28,044 nucleotides of DNA. It comes from Armatimonadota bacterium (GTDB lineage: Bacteria; Armatimonadota; UBA10988). The notes under the pieces were generated by a model that worked only from the letters and a program-made list of their open reading frames with translations, did no database searches and was not told the origin of the DNA. The stretch's first letter is position 1, and each line of letters begins with the position of its first letter. Position numbers and translations under genes: made by a program. Shown here piece by piece: positions 1-8,762 of the stretch. The stretch covers positions 1 through 28,044 of the forward strand of contig JACRKZ010000020.1 of assembly GCA_016235455.1 (NCBI GenBank), in the 5' to 3' direction.

Positions 1-1
1 C

Positions 2-256
2 CGCGGCATCATCCACGTGGCCGCCCTCTACCTGCTGTGGCGCTCCAGCGAGCGCTCCGTTCGGCTCTGCGTGGCCAACGCGCTGGCTGTGGCGCGCGAG
101 CACGGCGCCGACTCCCTGGCCTTTCCGCTGATCGGCGCGGGCACGAGGAGCTTGCCTTCAACCCGAGTCGAGACCATCATGGTGGAAGCCATGAAACAAG
201 CGGATTTCGATGGCTCCGCGCTGCTGGTGCGTCTCCCAGCGGGTGCTGGAGCCTAG
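2..256 (+). CDS. Macro domain (Appr-1-p processing / ADP-ribose-binding) protein, 5'-truncated by the window edge
   Basis: Frame is open from base 2: RGIIHVAA...CVANALAVAREHGADSLAFPLIGAG. The 'IIH' strand and 'SLAFPxIGxG' loop match the C-terminal half of macro domains. Stop TAG at 254-256. Confidence 0.8.
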   Translation, partial: RGIIHVAALYLLWRSSERSVRLCVANALAVAREHGADSLAFPLIGAGTRSLPSTRVETIMVEAMKQADFDGSALLVRLPAGAGA

Positions 257-336
257 CGTTTGCTGTTCTGACCGTCCTGCGCCGAATCAACCAAGGCGCG
301 CCAAACCTTTCTGGCCAATGCAAGAGATACCGAGTG

Positions 337-364
337 TTGGTCTCAATACGCCCTATGCTACACT
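337..364 (+). promoter_or_regulatory. Putative sigma70-type promoter for the DUF3892-like gene
   Basis: TTGGTC (337-342), 16-bp spacer, TACACT (359-364), with extended -10 TG at 356-357, in a lower-GC intergenic stretch. Confidence 0.45.
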
Positions 365-399
365 TAGGGCCTCAGATCCACTGGCCTGAGGAGGCGGGC

Positions 400-696
400 A
401 TGGCACAGCGGCATCGGGTGCGCTGCATTGTGAAGACTGGTCAGACTGAGCCGTGGTCGTGCATTGCTGCGATTGGCGGCTTGAACATGAACAACACCCC
501 CTGGCGGGTGTCCGTGGCTGAGGCGATTGCCGGCATGGAAGCCGAGCAGTGGGCCTTCTACGTGCTGCGGCACGGCCGGCAGGTGGATCTGGTGGTGGCC
601 GAGCAGGACGGCCATCGCTATCTCAAGGCCGGCCGCGATGGCATCGAGCCCAAGGGCTTGTTGCAGTTGCCCGAGTGCCAAGTGCGGGAGCGCTAG
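400..696 (+). CDS. DUF3892-like small protein (98 aa)
   Basis: ATG at 400 preceded by GAGGAGG. The sequence (RVRCIVK...IAAIGG...W...EAIAGME..QWAFYV...YLKA..DG....LLQLPEC) fits the DUF3892 pattern. The upstream part of ORF 37..696 overlaps the macro gene and is not credible. Confidence 0.75.
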   Translation: MAQRHRVRCIVKTGQTEPWSCIAAIGGLNMNNTPWRVSVAEAIAGMEAEQWAFYVLRHGRQVDLVVAEQDGHRYLKAGRDGIEPKGLLQLPECQVRER

Positions 697-1955
697 CCGG
701 CGGCCCAGCCGTCGCCGGCGCGTCGAAAGCAGCCGACCTCTTCGGCCAGCCAGCCCAGCCAGGTGCGGATCGTGCGAGCCCGGCGCTCGACGGTCTGCCC
801 GCTGTAGCGTGGCCGGCCATCGGGCCAGGTCAGCGCGCTGATCACCTCGCTGATGGCTTGGTCGGTGATCATGTCGCCGCGCGCCACCAGGTCGCGCAGC
901 ACCCACGAGTTGACCACGGCGCGGGCCAGCAGTTCGCGCCGCCGGTTGGGCGCCGCGCGCAGCAGGTCGCGCCCGCGCGGCGAGGGCCAGTAGCTGCCCG
1001 GTTGCACCAGCGCCAGGTACTCCGCTGCCTCGCGGTAGTAGCCGGCCTGGCGCTCGGTGAAGCCCACCTCGGCCGCTACCGCCCGCGGCTGGTCGAGCCC
1101 CGACTCCAGTACCTCGAGGAAGCGTACCAGCCGGTTGAAGTCGTCGGCCTGCGGCACCACCGAGCGCACCGGCCGGCTGCCGTCGGTCAGTTCGTCCAGG
1201 CGGCGGCGCTCGGGCTCATAGAGGCGGTACGCGGCTGACCGCAGCACGCGCCACGAGGTCGGGTCGTCGACCTGGTCGAAGCAGAACTCGTGCAGCTCGT
1301 AGCGCGTCGTGGCCACGTCGTAGGTCAGCAGCAGTGGGCGCACGGTCTTGTGCGGCAGCAGTTGGCCAAAATGCCGCCAAGGGTAGTAGATCTGGCGCAC
1401 GTTGAGGTGCGCACGACGCCCGATCTTGGCCTCCACGAGGATGATCTCTCGCTCGCCCTCATAGCCCGCGTCGACCTCGATCTGCGCGCCTTCCACGTCG
1501 ACGGTGACCTCGCCCAGTTGGAAGCTGAAGGCTCCGGTGCGCTCGCGGCCGCGGATGGTCAGGAACAACGGCGACGCCCCGACGAAGCGCTGCAGTAGCC
1601 CGGTGTTGTAGGCGTGGTCGATGTACTGCGACTCGCCCTCGCCCCGGGCCGCCGTTTCCAGCGTGAAGGGCAGTGCCGTGAGCTGGGGCTCGGTGCGGCC
1701 GATGACGGGCACTTCGCAGCACAGATTACCGCGGGTCAGCAGGTACTCGCCGAGGCGCAGCGGCAGGATGGTGTAGCCCGCCTCCCGCAGGCAGCGCGGC
1801 AGCTCATCGGGCGATTCGTAGCGCGCCACCAGCCGCGGCTCACAGCCGGTCTGGCGGCGCAGGAGGTCGGCTTCGACGCGGTGCGGCCGGCCGTCGAGCA
1901 CGAGCTTGTTGTGGTCTACAAACTGCTCCCAGGCCCGGTCGGTGTTGGCGGCCAT
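693..1955 (-). CDS. Putative type II restriction endonuclease (PD-(D/E)XK core plus C-terminal winged-helix-like region)
   Basis: 420 aa with an IEVDAGYEG...LVEAK catalytic-type motif followed by RQIYYPWR. The start overlaps the Dam stop (TGATG at 1953-1957). It resembles the Dam-associated nuclease family (EPRL..., TI.GR...F.F, PQADD, RQ..YY). Confidence 0.7.
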   Translation of the reverse strand: MAANTDRAWEQFVDHNKLVLDGRPHRVEADLLRRQTGCEPRLVARYESPDELPRCLREAGYTILPLRLGEYLLTRGNLCCEVPVIGRTEPQLTALPFTLETAARGEGESQYIDHAYNTGLLQRFVGASPLFLTIRGRERTGAFSFQLGEVTVDVEGAQIEVDAGYEGEREIILVEAKIGRRAHLNVRQIYYPWRHFGQLLPHKTVRPLLLTYDVATTRYELHEFCFDQVDDPTSWRVLRSAAYRLYEPERRRLDELTDGSRPVRSVVPQADDFNRLVRFLEVLESGLDQPRAVAAEVGFTERQAGYYREAAEYLALVQPGSYWPSPRGRDLLRAAPNRRRELLARAVVNSWVLRDLVARGDMITDQAISEVISALTWPDGRPRYSGQTVERRARTIRTWLGWLAEEVGCFRRAGDGWAAG

Positions 1956-2839
1956 CAGGGGTGCCTGGCCTCTTTGAGAGGGTAGTTGGCGATGACTACC
2001 TCGCCCACGATGCCGCGCTTGGTGGCGTCGCAGCCGATCATGCGCCGCGCGGTGATGGGCCGGATGGGGAACATGTAGTCGGGCAGCTTGTACAGCTCGC
2101 GCACGATGGGCGTGTCGGAGTTGCTGGCCATGACCAGCGCCCCGGCATCGTCGAGCCGGCAGATCAGCTCGACCAGCCGCCGTTGCTGGTCCAGGCCGAA
2201 GCCCTCGTCGGCATACTCGGTGAAATTGGCGGTCTCGCTCAGCGGCACATAGGGCGGGTCGAAGTAGACGAAGTCGCCCGACCCGCAGTCGGCCACGGCC
2301 GCGGCGAAGTCGGCCACCAGCAGCTCGGTCTGGGCCAGTGCCACGCTGGCCGCGCGCAGCAGCTCCGGCGCGCAGATGCGGGGGTTCTTGTACTTGCCAT
2401 AGGGCACGTTGAACCGGCCGCTCCGGTTGACCCGGTACAGCCCATTGTAGCAGGTGCGGTTGAGGTAGATGAAGCGCGCGGCCTGGGCCACCGGGTCGAG
2501 CTGGTCGGGATCCTGCTCGCGCACGCGCTCAAAGCTCTCGCGGTCAGGCTGATGGTCGCCCAGCGCCTCGATCAACTCCTCCACCCGGTCGCGCACGGTG
2601 AGGTAGGTGCCGATCAGATGGCGGTTGATGTCGGCCAGCCGCGCGGGCTTGGGGCCGTGGTGCGCCTGCAGCCAGAAGAACACCGCGCCGCCGCCGACAA
2701 ACGGCTCCACGTAGCGCTGGTAGCGCTCGGGCGGCGGTAGATAGCGCTTGTACTGGGTCAGCAACGAGGCCTTGCCACCAGCCCATTTCAGGAATGGACC
2801 AGCCACAACCGGCTTGTGAGTTGCCTGGGGGTCGGACAT
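1955..2839 (-). CDS. dam: Dam-family (D12 class) N6-adenine DNA methyltransferase, probably GATC-specific
   Basis: Motifs PFLKWAGGK, EPFVGGGAVFF, FIYLNRTCYNGLYRVNRSGRFNVPYG (Dam recognition hairpin) and FVYFDPPY. Start placed at ATG 2839 (alternative 2848). Confidence 0.93.
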   Translation of the reverse strand: MSDPQATHKPVVAGPFLKWAGGKASLLTQYKRYLPPPERYQRYVEPFVGGGAVFFWLQAHHGPKPARLADINRHLIGTYLTVRDRVEELIEALGDHQPDRESFERVREQDPDQLDPVAQAARFIYLNRTCYNGLYRVNRSGRFNVPYGKYKNPRICAPELLRAASVALAQTELLVADFAAAVADCGSGDFVYFDPPYVPLSETANFTEYADEGFGLDQQRRLVELICRLDDAGALVMASNSDTPIVRELYKLPDYMFPIRPITARRMIGCDATKRGIVGEVVIANYPLKEARHP

Positions 2840-2846
2840 CGCCGGC

Positions 2847-2875
2847 ATTGTCCGCCAAGACAGCGCTGAGGGCAA
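2847..2875 (-). promoter_or_regulatory. Putative promoter giving a leaderless dam transcript
   Basis: Minus strand TTGCCC (2875-2870), 17 bp, GACAAT (2852-2847), 7 nt, then ATG 2839. No Shine-Dalgarno upstream. Confidence 0.5.
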
Positions 2876-2883
2876 GGGGGTTG

Positions 2884-2951
2884 CGCGTCAGAAACGGTGT
2901 CAGGGACCGTTTCCGCGCGCCGAAACGGTCCCTGACACCGTTTCTGACGCG
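2884..2951. repeat. Perfect 30-bp inverted repeat with 8-nt loop, each arm containing its own hairpin (REP doublet/REPIN-like)
   Basis: CGCGTCAGAAACGGTGTCAGGGACCGTTTC (2884-2913) is the exact reverse complement of 2922-2951. Each arm contains GAAACGGT-N7-ACCGTTTC. Confidence 0.9.
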
Positions 2952-3904
2952 TACCACGCGATGGTCCGCGCCAGCCCTTCATCCAAGCTGTGTTCGGGCC
3001 GCCAGCCGAGATGCTCGCGCGCCTTGGCTGCCGACAGGTATTCCTCGCGGATCTCCGCGCTCGCCTCGTTCCGGACGTCCGGCTCGAGGTCGGAGCCCAT
3101 CTGGTCGAGGATGCGCGCCACCAGTTCGAGCACCGTGAGTGGCTGCTCGTAGGAGATGTTGAAGGCCTCGCCGGCCAGGTCCGCGCTGGCCGCCAGCTTC
3201 TCGGCCAGCAGCAGGTAGGCGGCCACGGCGTCCTCGACGTACATGAAGTCCCGCACGAACTGGCCATCGGAGCGGATGATGGGTCGCTCGCCGCGCAGCA
3301 CCGAGGTGATTGTGCCGGGCACGATGCGGTTGTTGTTGAGGTCGCCGCCGCCGAACAGGTTCCCGCAGCGCGTGATGCCCGTGCGCAGGCCGTAGGTCAG
3401 CGCGTAGCTGCGGGCGATCAGGTCGGCGCACGACTTGCTCACATCGTAGGGGTACTCGCCGCGTAGCGGCATGGACTCGTCATAGGGCAGGGCGGCCTGG
3501 CTGCCATAGGCCTTGTCGGACGAGGCGACGACCACCGGGGTTTCCGGCCGCACCGTGCGCACGGCTTCGAGCAGGCGCCAGGTGCCGCCGATGTTGGCCT
3601 CGAAGGTCGCCGCGGGGTTGCGCCTGGCGGTGCCCACGATGGACTGCGCGGCCAGGTGGATGACCAGATCGACCTCGTACTCGGCTACGGTGCGTGCCAG
3701 CAGGTCGCTGTCGAGCAGGTCGCCGTGCACCACGCGCACGCGCGCGATGGTGCCCCGACGGACCAGCTCGCACTCGGGCACCTGGTCACGGATCAGGCAG
3801 ACCGGGCGCGCGCCGAGCTCGATCAGTCGCGGTGTCAGCCAGCCGCCGAGCAGACCGCTGGCTCCCGTGACGAGGACCGATCTGCCCAGCCAGTAGGCGC
3901 TCAT
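2900..3904 (-). CDS. NAD-dependent NDP-sugar epimerase/dehydratase (CDP-glucose 4,6-dehydratase RfbG-like, extended SDR)
   Basis: [11 protein letters not shown] Rossmann motif, [18 protein letters not shown] (YxxxK), [18 protein letters not shown]. Starts 3 nt after the ftsH stop. Confidence 0.88.
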   Translation of the reverse strand: MSAYWLGRSVLVTGASGLLGGWLTPRLIELGARPVCLIRDQVPECELVRRGTIARVRVVHGDLLDSDLLARTVAEYEVDLVIHLAAQSIVGTARRNPAATFEANIGGTWRLLEAVRTVRPETPVVVASSDKAYGSQAALPYDESMPLRGEYPYDVSKSCADLIARSYALTYGLRTGITRCGNLFGGGDLNNNRIVPGTITSVLRGERPIIRSDGQFVRDFMYVEDAVAAYLLLAEKLAASADLAGEAFNISYEQPLTVLELVARILDQMGSDLEPDVRNEASAEIREEYLSAAKAREHLGWRPEHSLDEGLARTIAWYASETVSGTVSARGNGP

Positions 3905-3907
3905 CGC

Positions 3908-5779
<1,872 letters not shown>

Positions 5780-5932
5780 CACCACCTCCGAGCAGGCGGC
5801 CTGGTCTGCTGGCCCGGGCCGCACCTCTCCGCACAGTATAGACCATGGGCGACGCGATGTGGGACGCGGCGCGCGCACCTGGCAGGCGCCGTTCGCTTGC
5901 CTGTCGCGCCTTGAGCCCCGCGTTGCGCGCGC

Positions 5933-5961
5933 TTGACACGCCGTCGGTGCCACCCTATGCT
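5933..5961 (+). promoter_or_regulatory. Sigma70-type promoter for the 6026-8659 operon
   Basis: TTGACA (5933-5938), 17 bp, TATGCT (5956-5961). A divergent -10 TATACT (minus strand, 5840-5835) may serve ftsH. Confidence 0.7.
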
Positions 5962-6025
5962 CGCCGCAGGGAACGTTCGTCACCGCATGAGCGATGGTGT
6001 GGTCGGGGAAAGAGGAGGCACAACC

Positions 6026-6877
6026 ATGGCGCAGGCATCCCAAACGGCTCCGTCCAAGAAGCGATCTGGTCTGGGCAAATGGCTCGGCATCGCGGCGGTC
6101 GTGGGCCTGGTACTCGTCTTCGGCGGCCTGTTCGTGTTGCGCGGCGTGGCCACGAGCAAGGCCGAGCAGGCGTTGACACGCGAGGTCGGCGCGGCGCAGA
6201 GCTGGAAGGTCAAGCTCGGCATCGACGCGCTGCCCAAGGCCCTGCTGGGCATGGGCTTTGGCGCGCAGGTCTCGGGCCGCGAGATCCAGACCAAGGGCAA
6301 GCCACAGATCAAATCGCTCGACATCGACGCCACGGGCCTGCGGGTCAGCGTCAAGCAGGCCAAGCTGCTCTCCGCCGAGCGCATCGGCGTCAAGGCCTCG
6401 CTGGGCGAGCAGGCCGTCGTGCAGTTTGTGCGCCAGGAAGCCATGTCGTCGCGCATGTTCAGCGATGTGACGGTGCAGTTCGGCGTGGGCGAAGTGCTGT
6501 TGACGGGCGCGGTCACCTCGCCGGTCATCCAGACGCTGACCGGCCAGAGCAGCATCTACGCCACGGCCAAGGCCAAACCAGCCATCAAACCGCCGGCCTC
6601 CGTCGAGATGCTCGTGTCGGGCGTGACCCTGCGCGGCGCCGAGGGTCAGATCAACGTGCCCACCTCCTATGTCAGCGGCATCATCGCGCGCGACCTCAAC
6701 TTCGACCTGCGCCGCCTGCTGCCGGGCCTGGTGCTGCAGAACGTGAACATCGTCGACGGCGCCCTGGCCGTCGACGGCACGATCGACGCGGCGGCGCTGC
6801 TCAAGGGCGACGGCGGCGGCAAGCAAGGCACGCCGGCCCTGCCCGATCCCAGTGTGGGGAAGTCGGTTACGCAATGA
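6026..6877 (+). CDS. Membrane-anchored protein, LmeA/DUF2993-like (283 aa)
   Basis: GAGGAGG then ATG 6026. Basic N-terminus plus one TM helix (WLGIAAVVGLVLVFGGLFVL), then a beta-rich body ending '...LPGLVLQNVNIVDGALAVDGTI', typical of DUF2993/LmeA-type proteins. Family call tentative. Confidence 0.6.
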   Translation: MAQASQTAPSKKRSGLGKWLGIAAVVGLVLVFGGLFVLRGVATSKAEQALTREVGAAQSWKVKLGIDALPKALLGMGFGAQVSGREIQTKGKPQIKSLDIDATGLRVSVKQAKLLSAERIGVKASLGEQAVVQFVRQEAMSSRMFSDVTVQFGVGEVLLTGAVTSPVIQTLTGQSSIYATAKAKPAIKPPASVEMLVSGVTLRGAEGQINVPTSYVSGIIARDLNFDLRRLLPGLVLQNVNIVDGALAVDGTIDAAALLKGDGGGKQGTPALPDPSVGKSVTQ

Positions 6878-7869
6878 TCTCTGGCCATCAGGTGTCCGCG
6901 GCGCGGTTGGCCGAGCTGCTGGCGGCCATGGCCGACCAGCGCACGCTGGTGGTCGGCGATGTGATGCTCGACGAGTATGTCTGGGGCCGTGCCGACCGCG
7001 TGTCGCCCGAGGCGCCGGTGCTCGTGGTGCGCTCCGAGCGGGTCACGCAGGTGCCCGGTGGCGCGGCCAACGTGGCCCAGTGCCTCCTGGCGCTCGGCGC
7101 GCGAGTCGGTGTCTGCGGCGTGGTCGGGTCCGATGAGGCGGGCCATTCGCTCGGTCGCCAACTGGCTGAGGCCGGCGCCGACCCGGTGCGCCTGGTGACC
7201 GACGCCGATCGGCCGACGACGATCAAGACGCGGGTGCTGGCCGGCACGCAGCAGGTGGTACGGATCGACCGGGAGTGCCGCGACGCGCTCGGTGCCGCGC
7301 CGGCCGCGGCGCTGCTGGCGGAGGTCGAGGCGGCGCTCGACGGCTGCGCTGGCCTGGTGCTGAGCGACTACGACAAAGGCGTGCTCACCCCCGAGTTCAT
7401 TGCGGCCCTGCTGGACCTGGCCCAAGCGCGCGGCGTGCGTGTGGCGGTCAACGCCAAGCCGCGGCTGGCCGGGTTCTATCAAGGTGTCGACCTGCTCACG
7501 GTGAACCGCTCCGAAGCTGAGGCGATCTGCGGCATCACGCCCGACAGCCCGGCCCAGGCGGCACGCGCGGCGACCTGGATCGGCGAGCGGCTGGGCTGCC
7601 GGCACACGCTGGTGACATTGGGCGGCGATGGCGCCATGCTGCACCAGGGCGGTGGCGAGACGCATCTTGTGGCGCCGTGGCCGGTGCCGGTGTGCGACGT
7701 GGCCGGCGCTGGCGACACGACCATCGCGGCAACCCACCTGGCGCTGTGCGCCGGCGCGGCGCCGCGCGAGGCGGTGGAACTGGCCATGCGCGCGGCGGCG
7801 GTGGTGGTGCGCAAGGTCGGTGTGGCCACGGCCACGCCCGCGGAAGTCATGGCGTTGAGCGAGGGCTAG
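6874..7869 (+). CDS. rfaE1: D-glycero-beta-D-manno-heptose-7-phosphate kinase (stand-alone HldE/RfaE kinase domain, PfkB family)
   Basis: VVGDVMLDEYVWG..RVSPEAPV, PGGAANVA, TTIKTRV, LSDYDKG, DVAGAGDT. ATGA overlap with the upstream gene at 6874-6877. Confidence 0.88.
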   Translation: MISGHQVSAARLAELLAAMADQRTLVVGDVMLDEYVWGRADRVSPEAPVLVVRSERVTQVPGGAANVAQCLLALGARVGVCGVVGSDEAGHSLGRQLAEAGADPVRLVTDADRPTTIKTRVLAGTQQVVRIDRECRDALGAAPAAALLAEVEAALDGCAGLVLSDYDKGVLTPEFIAALLDLAQARGVRVAVNAKPRLAGFYQGVDLLTVNRSEAEAICGITPDSPAQAARAATWIGERLGCRHTLVTLGGDGAMLHQGGGETHLVAPWPVPVCDVAGAGDTTIAATHLALCAGAAPREAVELAMRAAAVVVRKVGVATATPAEVMALSEG

Positions 7870-7873
7870 AACC

Positions 7874-8659
7874 ATGAAGTGGTATGTGCTCACGGACCTG
7901 GAAGGCGCCTGCCGCGTCAACCGCTGGGACCAGACGCGGGTCAATGAGTTGACGCCCGGCAAGCTGGGCGCGATGACCATGCTGACCCTGGAGATCAACG
8001 CCGCCGTGCAAGGCCTGCTCGACATCGACCCCTACGGTCAGATCGTCGTCTGGGACGGTCATGGCAACGGCGGCATCGACGAGCGACTGCTCTCCGACCG
8101 GGCCTGGCTCATCTCACGGGGCACGGGCATCCGCGCGCCCTACGGCCTGGACAGCGAGTGCGTCGGGCAGGTGGTCATCGGCCAGCACGCCATGGCCGGC
8201 ACGCCGCACGCCACGCTGGCTCACACCTACAGCAGCCAGACCGTCGAGTACTATGAGCTGAACGGCCAGCGTATCGGCGAGCTCGGCTGCCGCGCCGTGA
8301 TGGCCGGCGCCATGGGCGTGCCAACGATCTTCGTCAGTGGCGACGACCTGGCCAACGCCGAGGCGCGCGCGCTCATTCCGGGCGTGCTGACGGTGGACAC
8401 CAAGCAGAGTCTGGACACCGAGCTGGCGCTGCATCGGCCGCCGCACCAGGTGTATGAGGAGATTCGCGAGCAGGTGGCCCTGGCCGCGCGCGGGGCCAAA
8501 CAGGCCGAGCCCGTGCGCTGGCCCGGCCCCTATGAACTGGTGGCGCGCGTGCTGCCGGACTGCTCGCCCGACGGCTATCTGCGGTACCCCGGCGCGACCA
8601 AACTCGACGACCGTACGGTCCGGGCCACCGCCGACGACCTGACCGCCCTGTGGGTGTGA
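7874..8659 (+). CDS. M55 family metallopeptidase (DppA D-aminopeptidase-like)
   Basis: TDLEG (DxE), DGHG, GQHA, LAHT, IGE and SGDD motifs. 261 aa, starting 4 nt after the kinase stop. Confidence 0.88.
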   Translation: MKWYVLTDLEGACRVNRWDQTRVNELTPGKLGAMTMLTLEINAAVQGLLDIDPYGQIVVWDGHGNGGIDERLLSDRAWLISRGTGIRAPYGLDSECVGQVVIGQHAMAGTPHATLAHTYSSQTVEYYELNGQRIGELGCRAVMAGAMGVPTIFVSGDDLANAEARALIPGVLTVDTKQSLDTELALHRPPHQVYEEIREQVALAARGAKQAEPVRWPGPYELVARVLPDCSPDGYLRYPGATKLDDRTVRATADDLTALWV

Positions 8660-8762
8660 GTTGACAACACCGGCGCCGCCGACGTCAAGCTAGTACGGCC
8701 CTGAAGAACCAGGCCGGCACACTCGTTGAAGGGTCCCAGCGCGAAGCAATTGAGGTGAATCG

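Noticed and set aside
2884-2951. CGCG flanks as a target-site duplication
   Set aside because: CGCG is self-complementary and so is explained by the palindrome itself. Removing the element does not restore a nearby stop for the dehydratase.
5780-6874. N-terminal 365-aa extension of FtsH in ORF 3908..6874
   Set aside because: It is antisense to the 6026-6877 gene and spans a promoter region. A GTG with a good RBS at 5779 gives a normal-length FtsH.
8661-8720. TTGACA and TTGAC-N18-GTCAA dyad plus a small hairpin upstream of the clostripain-like gene
   Set aside because: No well-spaced -10 box, and the dyad is too short to call an operator.
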